Shown here in pieces: positions 48,688 to 60,360 of a stretch of DNA of 64,000 nucleotides. Under the pieces are notes generated by a model. That model was given only the letters and a program-made list of their open reading frames with translations, was not told the DNA's origin and made no database searches. Position 1 is the stretch's first letter. Every line of letters begins with the position of its first letter. Source of the stretch: Negaprion brevirostris (taxonomy: Eukaryota). Location of the stretch: NCBI GenBank assembly GCA_030324005.1, contig JARDVH010000132.1, positions 93,622,277 through 93,686,276 on the forward strand, written 5' to 3'. The position numbers and the translations under genes are program-made.

Positions 48688-51600
48688 TGTTTATAAACAT
48701 TGTGGTTAGAAAAGAGGAAGTGAAAGTTCCTGACTGCTAAGAATCAGATTCCTGTCAATCAGAACAAGCCTGTTCATTAACATTGCAGTTAGAAAAGAGA
48801 AAGTACTTGAAATGTACTCAACCGTAAAGGAAACAAAAAGAAACAAAGCTCTTGCCTGCTGTGTAATACCCTGGACCTGTCATCAAGAAGCCATTTAAAG
48901 GAACTAGAGTGTGAAATTGAATGTAAACAAAGCTTTTCAAAATATTTGAGCTTTCTAGGAAGGCTCAGAGACCAGAGGAAAATGCAGCATTAAAAGAATG
49001 GGGCTAAGTGAGCAGCTGTGGTGAAAAGAGGAAGTACTTGAGGTTTATTGGATTGTCTCATTATGAACTGTTTGATCTGCTCTGCAGCTGTCAATCAGAG
49101 CAATTCAAAGAGGCCAGGCTGCACTTGTGGCTCATCCATGCTACAAAAGGAAATCCACTAGTGAAAATGACATCCTGTCAGTCAGAGGACTTAAAGGGCC
49201 TGCACACACCTGGGACTTCTGAGGACAAGGGAATCTCTTCTGTAGAATTGAGTGCTGCAGTGATCCTGATGGATTCTAGGTGTCAAGGGAGCATGGGTAG
49301 TAAAGTTTCCAGGCCGCTTCAAAAGATTCATAATACACAAACAGTAGTAAAAATTTCTAACTCACGGCAGCCTGAGATCACCATGCTAAGAGTGACCTCC
49401 ACTTTTCCCACTGGTTATAAGGGACAGTCCAGCTATGAGACTGCCATTCTGGGTGAGAGTCCAGAGATCAACCATTTGACCCTTGCCCCAGCCCACTCAA
49501 CCCTCTGCACATGGGCAGTGAACTTACTCTTTGCCTCCTCCTTGGAGCCCAAGGCATCAGATCCATGTTTGTCAAGGCCTGTATTGTTTGGTACCAGCTG
49601 GACAATGTGGCGGGGTGAGGGGGGGAGTGGGTGGTGGTGGCATGGGCCAGTGCTGAACCTGCCTGCAGCCAGTGGGAGTGGAGAATTGCCCCCATTATCT
49701 GTGCATATATTATAAAGAAATACATAAAAGCAAACCTAAAAGTCATATCATTTTGGAGAATGGCAATGTCGGCAAATTCAGTTAAAAAAAATTGAATCTG
49801 GGAAATAGGTAAATATTGAAAATAAACAAATCTGAATAACAGGGGTTTTGATTTTACTTTGCTGCAATAAATGTGTAGGAACTGGAATCCCAGTGACCTT
49901 GCTCCCAACTCTACCAAAGTATTCATGATCAGGGATGGGTCAGGTAACTTCAATAATTCCAGATACATTGTTGGAAAGGCATTCTGGGGAGAAACTGTGG
50001 AGCCTATCTGAAAATCACACTGGCTTTGAAAATGTGATTTCATTGTATTTGTCTGTCATCCTCTAGGCTAAGGCTAGATATCCCTCTTGGCACCACAATT
50101 ATGTTCATCCCCTGGTCTGAGTACTGGTATCTTTCCAAGGTCCAAATCATTAGGAGCTGAGTAAACATGAGCAACATGAGTTCTGGTAGGTTATTGCATA
50201 ATATCAGGGAAATGAATTGGAATTGAGATGGATAAAGAAGGATTGGAAAAAGGGTCCCTGTTTTGTGCCAGGCTTGATCATGAGTTAATAAGATTACTAG
50301 AGACACAAAGGGACAAAAACAGAAGCTTTGACTGAAGATGGGCGAGCAGAAAGCCTATGTGCAAATTAGAGTAATTATAATACTTAAATGCACTCAATAA
50401 TGCCAGGGTGCTGTTCTACAGGGACGTGTTGACGTCCAGTGCTTGGGCAAAGTCACCATTCTACATAAGCTATCTTTGATAGTGAGCTCTCATAGGCTAT
50501 CTGGCTGAAGAAGACATTACAGTGGAACCCCAATTTTATTCCATTTGACACTCATATACACTTATTTTTGGTCAAGTTTGCTGGAGTGATTTGAAGTAGG
50601 AACCCTAGTTGAGTCATTATTATGCCACTCCCTCCACTTCTCTTACCATTCATACTAGGTCCCACAGTAGCACCCCTATTGCCGTTACATCTGAAATCAA
50701 TAAACTTATCACACATTGGCCAGTATCTGTCACTATTCCAGTTGATATGCACTTGTGAACAATGACAATCATAATTTACTTGTTAACTGAACATTATGGC
50801 TAAATATAGTAGAAAGAGGTAGCCATTTATATGCAGCTAAGTTGAGCCTGAATTCTCCTAACTGCAGTGAGTTTGGGCTAATTTAACATTGCCTTTTTCC
50901 ATCTGTAAATACTCATACGATATATTTATCCAGAGCACAGAGTTTCCACTGAGCACTAATGATTGTTGTTAATATTTAGAATGACTAATAGCCAATTAAC
51001 CTCATAATGAGGAATGCAAAATAGAGACAATGTCCACATGCTATTTTAATGACAAAAAAAAAGCATTAAACACTGGCAGTATGTAGGCAAATTGAAATTA
51101 CATAGCACATAAACCATTAGAAGTGCAAACAGGAACCTACTGCATTTACATCAGTCAGGCAACTGGAGATGCACAGCAGTCGGAAGATGCTGGCAATGAA
51201 CCCTGAAGCACCTTACAAAGTCCCTGTGAAATGACTTGTTTCTAACTGCATAATGACTTTCTGGACAAAGCAGAACTGTCCACTTGAAAAATGCTCAGCA
51301 CTGCAAAGTGAATGAATATATTCCCATTTTGAACGTGAATGAAAATATTGCTGCATTTTCCATTGAGTTAGCACTAATACTGAACATGAGACCTGGCAGA
51401 GTTTTCTTCAGTCACCGGCTAATAAACAGAACCATCTGTCAATCCATCATGTCTAAATGTCTGCATAAAATAAATCAGATGGTGGAGCTTTAATAAAGTG
51501 GTCCATTCCATAATACCAATGCCTAAACCGAATGCAAAAGCACAACACATCACACGCATCATAGAACACCTCACAATCTGACATTCCTATTAAGACTGAA

Positions 51601-52475
51601 GTGCAGAATTTTGTAGCAGTGAAACAGGCCATTTGACCCATCAATTTCCACACTCCCTACAAACTATTCAGTCCAATCCCATTCTCTTGTTCTCTCCCAC
51701 ACCTTTGCGTGGTTGAAATATCCATGTTTCTTCCAACTGTTTTTCCTTTACAGCACAGTACAGTCTTGTGCCTCTTCTCCACTGCCATGAATACCTGACT
51801 GCGTCCCTTGGAAACCAGAAAGAGATATAGTACTCCAGACATGGTCAAGAGTGATTTCCTTCACCTTGTGTGCCACTGTTTTGGCTTTGTAGTTCAACAT
51901 TCTATTTGTTTTATTGAAGACTAGTCTGCATTTGTAGGACATATTCAGCATCTTTTCAAAAGTCTTTTTCAGTTTCATCTCTGGCTACTCTGACACCGTT
52001 GACATAGTTAACAGTAAAGTTAAAGAGACCCATGACTAATACTTTACAATTACCTGCATTAAGTTTAATCTGCCCTTGTTTCTGCCTGTTGTGATCAGGT
52101 GAAGAAGGTGAAATGGTTACTTCTCTTCACCCATGCCTCTTTCGACTGCAACAGGATTTTTTTTAAAGGATATGATTGCCAATTCAGTGAGTGTTTTAAC
52201 TGTTTAAGTGCTGTGACTGTAAACGACACAGACAAGTTTCCTTGAATTTTTTTACAAAAATGAAAAAGAGGCTCGATTTTGTTGTACTTAACCCAGTCTA
52301 ATGCTCCAACTTTTACACACACTTGAAGTTCACACATACACGATGAGTTACAGAGTGCAAGGATAGATTAAGCAGGCTTTTTAGGAGTCCAGTAAAAGTT
52401 ATGGGTCTTATAGAATGATAACTTGGATGATTCCTGCAGTATTCAATGTTAAGGCAGTTTAAAGATGTTGGTGAT

Positions 52476-55400
52476 TGTAGTAAAGTCAAAGGTGACTCGC
52501 TGTGGCTTCAAGCATTAATTGATTCATTAATAATATAATAATATACACAAGGTAAGATCTGACAAAACTAATACAAGTCTACTCTCTTCCCTGCCTCCAA
52601 CTGAGGTTCTTCCTTGTCGTAGGATGCGCACCCTTGCTCCTGACTGGCTTGGCTTCCCGCGTAGCCTCTCCATACGGTCCAGCCCGATCACGTGGCCCAC
52701 AAAGAATCACCTCCTTAAAGGGCCCACGTTACCCCACTCCTTCTCTGCTAACTCCTGCGAATGAAACAAACAGTACATCATGAAACATAAGCATACACAG
52801 TTTGACAAGACGTAAGGGACACCCAAGGAAAAACTCATCACAAAGTCAGTTCCGGAGGAACATCTCAATTCAGTATTATGATCTGCGGTGAGTAAAGAAT
52901 CTGGGCAGGCAGATGCAAAAGGCAAACTCATCAGTCCAGGGTCGACATCCTTGTCAGCATCTACTATCTTCTTGGCTTCAGGAACTGTTGGTTGCCTTGG
53001 CTCCACATTAACAACAGGGATTCTTGGATCAGCAACAGGCAAACATGAGTCCACCACAGCAAACACCTATTGGTCCTCTGTATCTGGCCCAACTCTCTTC
53101 CTCAGATGATTCACATGTTTTTCTTACAAGGCAACCTTGTACTTCTACAACGTAGGAGACCGGTCCCATTCTGTAGCCACCACACAGTTCATTAATTGGA
53201 CATCCAGCCATTTAGAATAAGCTTCAACCAGGATGAGGAACATACGTCCCATGAACAGTCCTGCAAAGTGTTTGTGCAATCTTGATCATGGCCGACCCAG
53301 CCACTTCCATGGATGAGTATTTGCTAGTAGCAGCAATAACCGCTGGGCTTTACAATTCGGGCCTTAACTGACCATTTTTACAATGTCTTTATCAATACTC
53401 GGCCATCAAACAACATCGGGCAAGTTTGTCTGGGGGCTGTGTCATATAATTCCTGTAATAGAAGTTGTTGCTCCTAGGGTGGCACCATGACATAAGCTCC
53501 TCACAATAACACACTATCCTCATGTGTTATTGCCATCTTATGTTGCAGGTAAGATCTGATTTGCTCTGACATACAGTATTGCACCACCATCCTCTTAACT
53601 TTTCACGACACTGGGTCCCTTTCAGTTCAGGTTTTTATATGAATAGTCTCTATTGTGTGCAGTGCCAACACTATTTTTCATGGTACAGATGGTAACATTA
53701 CTGCATCCACAATCAATACTTGCATCCTTAGCCTATGCTGGAGAGAAGCTGTATGCAACTAGCAATAGAGCCTATTTCTTCCCACTCGCAGAGGCAATTG
53801 GTGGCACAGGTTTATCCTCTCAGAATAAACCTAATAACGGCTTGTGATCTGATGCCATGGTGAAATACCTACCCTATATATATTGATAAAACTTGTTCAC
53901 TACATAATTATTGCCAGACATTGTCAATCCGAGAATACTTTTTCTCAGCATCTGATAAGATTCTTGACACAAAAGCAATTGGTTTCTCTACCCTACCTGA
54001 TATCTTGTGGAACAAAACTGCTCCTAGTCCATATGGTGATGCATTGTTTTGATTGGATCAAGATGTACAAGCAATGTTGATGACTGTAAGGCTTTACTTT
54101 TGTAAACTCCTGTATTTGTGCCTCTCTCCATTTCCATCACTGATGCTTCTTTGAAAGTTGAAGTGGGCCTAAGATTGTAGACACGTTTTCAAACATCTGC
54201 CTTAATAATTCACAATTCCTAGGAATGATTTTAACTCCAATACATTTTTAAGCTGCATTACTTCCTTTATGGCTTTGAATTTATCCTCCAAAAGATGTGA
54301 GCCTTCAGTGTCTACCTTAAACCTCAGGTATGTAACTGCATCCATCTGGAAAGTGCATTTCTCTCATTTCAAACGGATGCCCACTTCTTTAAATCTTCTT
54401 AGAACCCTCTCTCTGTTGGCCCTGTGGAATGCTCAGGAATGCTTCCATAATTAGAACGTCATCAAGGAATGCCCTACAATAAATTTTCTATTGTATGCTG
54501 GAAAATGGCGCAGGCCGATGAGACTCTAAAGGGTTAATGCGTGTACTTGTGGATACTGATGGTAACGAACTGCTGGAAATCTTCATTTAACTCCATCTAC
54601 TGATAGGCGCGACTGAGTTCTAATTTGATATACTTAAGGCTGCCTGTTAATTTGGCACAGATGTCCTCAATTCTCAGAATAGGATATCTATCTATCTGAG
54701 CTCTTCAGTTTAGTTAATTTATAATCCCCAAAATTTCTACAGTGCAATCTGGTTTTAGAATAGGGACTATAGCCACAGCCCATTCAGAAAATTGTACAGA
54801 TTTTATGACACCCAAGTCTTCTAATCTTCCTAACTCTACTTCTACTTTACGATGGAGTGCATAAGGCACTGCTTGGCCCTGAAAAAATATGGGTGTTACC
54901 TTGGGGTTGAAATAAATTTTGGCTTTAGCCCCTTTTATTTGTCCTAGTTCCTTTGGGGAAACCTCAGAATATCTGCACAGTAGCTCTTGAAATGCTCCCC
55001 CCAAATATTTAATATCTCCAACCACTCTAATTTTATCTGCTTCAACTAATTTCAGTCCATGAAACAAGGTCTGTGACACTCTATCACTAGAATTGTGCCG
55101 TTTGGTTTCTGTCGGATACTGTGACTGGCCCTGTTTACAACATCCCTCCTGAGACGAAATGGCTAAATAGACTAAATAGACGAAATGGCTCCTGAATCAC
55201 TCAATCGCAAGGGTTGCGGACCTTTTTGAAGGTATCAGAATATTTGCTCTCCTATGACTCCTGTGTCAATGTCCATTTTAAGAGGTCTGCCACTGACAAT
55301 TATGGCTATTTCTGAAGGAGGCAACTTACTGAGTTGGACCTAGTTTAAAGTATACAATTTGGATCCCCTAATGGGCTCCTCATCCAGTTCATTTAACAGA

Positions 55401-56520
55401 ATTAAACTAACTGTTGTTTTATTGCACATTCTGTCCTGCTTTCTTCATTCTACACCATGCTTGTAAACAACCCTTCCATTTGTAACAGAAACATATGCAG
55501 GCCAGAGATTTACCGACCCGTCCACCACAGGAATCTGAATAGGCAAGGGAAGAACTATGGAAAGGTCCATTGACTTGGGCAGGATTTTACAGTTTTGAGA
55601 CAAACGAGGCCGTAAAATTCCACCTATAATTCTGCACCAGCAAGTTTCTTGGGAGTGTGCTCCCTACTTCAAAAACAAGCTTCCACCTCCAGTGCTGTAT
55701 TACTCCTCTCAGGCTCCCCTGAGGGCAGGGATAACATCGTGGCACATTTTCTACACTAAGCGCCATAAGATTGTGTTTTCAAACTCACCAGCAAACAAAT
55801 CTGAAACTCTCTTGATTTCTTGCTCGTTCGGCACTTTGAATTTTTTTCACAAGATCGCGCCCACTGGACAGGATTTTATGGCCTTGATCGTCCTGAAACT
55901 ACACAATCCCACCCGAGGTCAACAGATCTTTCCATGCACCGCCCCTTGCCCGCTCCAATTCCTGTGGCGGGCAGGCTGGTAAAATTCCAGCAACTGTGTC
56001 TGCAGCAACAGACGATGTTAAGACTTTTCAATGGGCTGTAAGTTTGTAGTCCACAGATTCAGTAGTATCACCTTTTGTTTTTCCTCTACAATGATCTTAT
56101 TACTACAGAGAACTAATGCACCCTTTTGATATATTGCCCCCAGTTTTCCACTTCTGTGACAAATGGCTCATTCTTTCCAATTAAAGACTTTTTATATGGC
56201 ATTTGTACCTGTCTCTTCATAGCTTTGACACTCACTCACTCTGCCTTTTGCTGTGCACTATGATCTTCCGATAACTAACAAAGCTTTTCCTCATTGGCAG
56301 TGTACTAATGCTGAAGGTGACTTGTTATGGCTTCAAGGAATAGTTAATTTATTAAAATATAGATACAAGATAAGGGTCTGACAGGACAGCGATACACATC
56401 CAGAGCTCTTGTCCTTGGCTCCAACTGAGATTACACCCCCGTCCCAGGATGTGTGCCCTTAGTCCCAACTGGCTGCACAGCCCAGTCATTTAGCCCTCAA
56501 ATGTTCATCCCATTAAGGAT
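52476..56520 (-). mobile_element. Degenerate Gypsy/Ty3 LTR retrotransposon retaining both LTRs
   Basis: LTRs 52476-52736 and 56301-~56520 (tgtagtaaagtcaaaggtgactcgctgtggcttcaag versus tgtactaatgctgaaggtgacttgttatggcttcaag); protease MDIDTG near 55258-55276; RT VPYAL..KVE.EL.RLE..GVI..V.FSEWA; RNase H SDHKPL near 53840; PBS-like 56289-56299; PPT-like next to 52737. Confidence 0.85.
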
Positions 56521-57069
56521 TGATGTTTTAAAAATCTTTGTCTGCAGCCTGTAGATAATCAAAGGGCATGATGGCATGGAGGTACATGGGATGGGGGGAG
56601 TAGGGGAGGGGTGATTGGGGAGGTGAGGGCTGGAGGGTGTAATTGCCTTTTAATGCAACTTGGCTGGAGTCTCAGAGCTGAGGTTTTCTTTGTAACTAAC
56701 CTCTGGAGGCAGCTGGCCCAAATCCAACCTGATCCTGACTCCCCAAGATGATAATATGGCAGGCAGGGATACTTTTAAATAAGGTGAGCCTGTGGAGTCA
56801 GGAAGTTTCCCGACTCAATATTCCTGCTTTCTCCATGAAGATACAGCCCTTACTGTTTTCTAAACTTCATCACTGTCTTTCTTCATTCATTGAATTTGCC
56901 TGGAATACCTAATGCCTTGAGATTAAATAATAGCCTTTCAGGTGGGACGTTGTCAAATGCCTATCAGATTTCTAGGTATGACATGTCATGCTGTTTACCA
57001 GTCTGCTTGGAATGTTATTTCCTGAGGGAGACAAGGTGTTTGGTGAGACTGTGCCTTTTCTTTTTTTAA

Positions 57070-57430
57070 AATTCATTTAAGGGATGTGGGCATCACTGGC
57101 TACATCAGCATTTATTGCCCAACCCTATTTGCCTTTCAGAAGGTGGTGGTGAGTTGCCTTCTTGAACTGCTGTAGTTTATGTAGTGTAGGTACACTCACA
57201 GTGCTGTTAGGAAGGATGTTCCAGAGTTTTGACCCAGCGACACTGAAGGAATGGGTGATATATTTCCAAGTCAGGATGGTGAGTGAATTAGAGTGGATCC
57301 TCCAGGAGGTGGTATTCCTAGGTATCTGCCGCACTTGTTCTTCTAGATAGTAGTGGTTGTGGGTTTGGAAGGTACTGCCCAAGGAATCTTGGTGAGTTCC
57401 TGCAGTACATCTTGTAGATGGTACACACTA
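57070..57430 (-). mobile_element. CR1/L2-group LINE 3' fragment
   Basis: LTILTWKYI..SFSVAGSKLWN.LPNS..; same family as 62920-63350, opposite orientation. Confidence 0.75.
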
Positions 57431-57519
57431 CTACCAATTATGAATCCATGTTGACTGCTGTCAATTGGCTTATTATTGACTAATATTCTTTGCCTGACTT
57501 CTACCCGATTCTGGCCTGT

Positions 57520-57985
57520 GTTTTCAATTCCATATCTTCTCTATTACAAAGGCAGCCTACTTTCGATACTGAAACATCACTTGCTTCTGCTGCTGAAATC
57601 ATCATATTTAAAATTCCTATCCTTCTGTTCAAATCATTCAATGATCTTATCTTCCCTGTATCTGTAACCTTCTCCAGTCTTGCAAATGCTACCCTTCACT
57701 GCTTTGACTCTGGCTTCTTTTGCATTTCTCCTTCATTTTGCCTTTGGTGGCCAAGCTTCACATTCTTAAATACCACCCACCTCCCCAGGTACTTCACTGT
57801 CTCCCTAATTCTCCCTCAATTAAACTTCTCCTGTCTAAAACCCACGATTTGAAGCAAGCTTTTGATCATCTTTCCTAACATTTCTCCTACTTTTGCATTG
57901 CTATTTAGTTTCTTATACCTATTTGAAATGCCTTGGAGAATTCTTCTAAACTAAAGGTACTTATATAAAAGCAAGTTGTTGTTTT
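57520..57985 (+). mobile_element. L2-type LINE 3' end
   Basis: Tail ccttgg...taaaggtacttatataaaagcaagttgttgtt. Confidence 0.5.
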
Positions 57986-58804
57986 ATTGAAAATCAATTT
58001 TGTTGTATTACACAAAACAGAAGTAAGATTAACGGCCTGTATTTTTGTCCACATCTGCTCTGGCCCCATTTCTGAATGCTTATTAGCCAAATGTATATCA
58101 GTATCATCCAGTGGTCACTGACTCTTCGACTTGTCAATGCCTCAAGACCCTTTTGCTAGTCTTTCTCAACATTCTGAAATAAATGCTAGCTCTGTCTGAG
58201 GATTTTTGAGATCTTTCAATCTTTCTATGATTTGATCTCATTTATTTCATATTGATTTTACCTTTTTAACATTTGCAAATACTTGTAATCATTCAACATA
58301 TTTACCATTAGCTGAAAATTTACTAATTGTCCTTATCTACAGTTCTTAATCCATTTGTATCATTTCATCTGGTTACTGAAGCCCCTGGATTTCTTTTGAC
58401 TGTGGTGAGAAGTCTGCGGTTGTGCCTCTTTCTAATCTCTCTTTAATCAATCTTTTGTCATATTTCTGCATTTTTCTGTATTTCAGCAATCCTTTTCCCC
58501 CTTTTCCCTGCAAATTTTATAAGAAGCCGACTTCCCTCCTTAATTTACATCTAATTTGCTTAGTAAACTATTTTGTATTATGTTTAATTAGTCAGAGCAC
58601 ATTTGTTTTAGCAATGTATTCAGTATACCATTAAATGTGTCTCATTTGACCTGTACTGAAGTGTTGTTGAAGAACTCCCAATTCATTTGCTTTAGTAGTG
58701 TCTTTACTTCTTTCAATTTAACCCATTTACTATTATATACCCTACCGGTGGCACAATGGATTCCGAAATGGAGGACTACTGCATCCCAGCACCCACCCCA
58801 CCCA

Positions 58805-58846
58805 CCGCCGCCGCCCGCCGCCGCCGCCGCCGCCGCCCCCCCCCCC
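58805..58846. repeat. (CCG)3-C-(CCG)7-C11 trinucleotide repeat
   Basis: Read directly from the sequence. Confidence 0.9.
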
Positions 58847-59602
58847 ACTGTTGCTGTCAGTTCTGCAACCCCATCCTTCACGGTTTCCCTGGCCCTCATA
58901 CATAAGCCTTCACCGATGATACATGCTCCAGTAACCATGGTGACTCAATTTGCTTGCTGTGCCCCACAGATGCTATGATTTCTATTTCCTGCACATAGTC
59001 TGGGTCAATCATGATTACCAGCAATGAACAATGTCTTCCTTAACATGCTTCATGTATTGTGTCAGGAAGCTATCATGCATTACATGAATGGGTGTTGAAC
59101 ATTATTACTTTAGGTGAGCAGTAAAGTGGCAGGCAGCTGCAGATTCACCATTGGTTGTAGATTTTGCCTGATTTACCTTTAATCAATAAAAAGATGAAAA
59201 TTGGATGTAGTGGATAATAATCTCTGTTCATGCCTATAGTGAAAATGATTCTCACTGCTTCTAACCTAGGTGCTTCTTGGTGTATATTTGGCTGATTGAA
59301 GTCTCCTATTAACATTGTCCAGTTCTCACAAACCCATCCAATCTCGAAGAGAAAACTATCCTACTTTCTCTGCTAACCTGGTTGTCTGTGGCATATCCCT
59401 AGTGTAAACATAGATTTGGACATACTGGAAATGTCTTACTAAAGAAGTTCATTTTGTGGTTGGCCACTCATACAGAATCAACTTCATTTATTCCCAGGTG
59501 TCTCTGACATAAAGGGCAGCAGCATCGTCTTTCTTATCCAGTCAATCTTTTGTACTTGCCACATAGCGTTGAATGATAAATTTGTTTGCATTCTCTGGCA
59601 TG

Positions 59603-59706
59603 TTCTGACAAAAAGGTCATCAACCTAAAATTTTTCTCTCCATAGATGCTGCCAAATTTGCAGAGTGTTTCCAGCATTTTCTGTTTCTAGTTCAGATTTT
59701 CAGCAT
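59603..59706 (+). mobile_element. Penelope-derived short repeat (pseudo-LTR fragment) with a dead hammerhead-like core
   Basis: ctgacaa..aggt catca acct aaaa followed by tctccatagatgctgcc...tttccagcattttctgttt. Confidence 0.55.
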
Positions 59707-60014
59707 TTAAAATACTTTTGTACTCAAAAGGAACTACTTAGAACTTTTGATCAAATTATTTAATGTGAAGACATACTAATGGTCACACAGTAGGTATAAG
59801 AAAAAAGAAAACAGTGGTGAATCATGAAGAGAATTTGGATTTAAAGGGTTCAAGTCACCTGAAAACCCAAGTGCTGAACTGTAATGCATGAGTCCTCAGT
59901 CATCAGGTTGTAAGTTTTTTATATGATCAAGTATGTAATATTAAATATAGCATGTACTACAGGTATGTACTTAGTAAAAGTATGAAGACCTGACTTTTAT
60001 GATTCAAGAGCATT

Positions 60015-60360
60015 ATAAACTACAACAATAACTTGCATTTATATAGCATATTTAACATGACATTATATACTTAAGGGTTTCACAAGAGCATTTTAAAACA
60101 AAGTTTCACTCCAGCCGCATTAAGAGATATTTGGGCAGATTTTAAGGAGCAACTTAAAAGGAGGAAAAAAAGATAAAGATGGGAAAATTTAGGTAGGGAA
60201 TTCTATAGCTTAAGCTACCAAAGATGGATGATTTTAAACTGGGAATACTCAAGAGATCAGATCTAAAGCAGCACAGGTGTCTCAGCACAGGGCTGGAGGG
60301 ATGGAGGAAATTAGAGACTGGGTCGGTCGAGACCAAGGAGGTATTTGAAAACAAAGATGA
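60015..60360 (-). mobile_element. L2-type LINE 3' fragment
   Basis: acaacaataacttgcatttatatagc is the reverse complement of the L2-type tail. Confidence 0.5.

Noticed and set aside
49008-50043. Overlapping 235-aa (+) and 191-aa (-) ORFs
   Set aside because: No recognisable domain and no convincing splice context; more likely decayed repeat or chance, so not called as genes.
58642-58978. Poly-Ala/Gly/Pro ORFs on both strands, checked as a possible PDHB exon 1
   Set aside because: Produced by the CCG repeat; no ATG-led mitochondrial presequence resembling PDHB.
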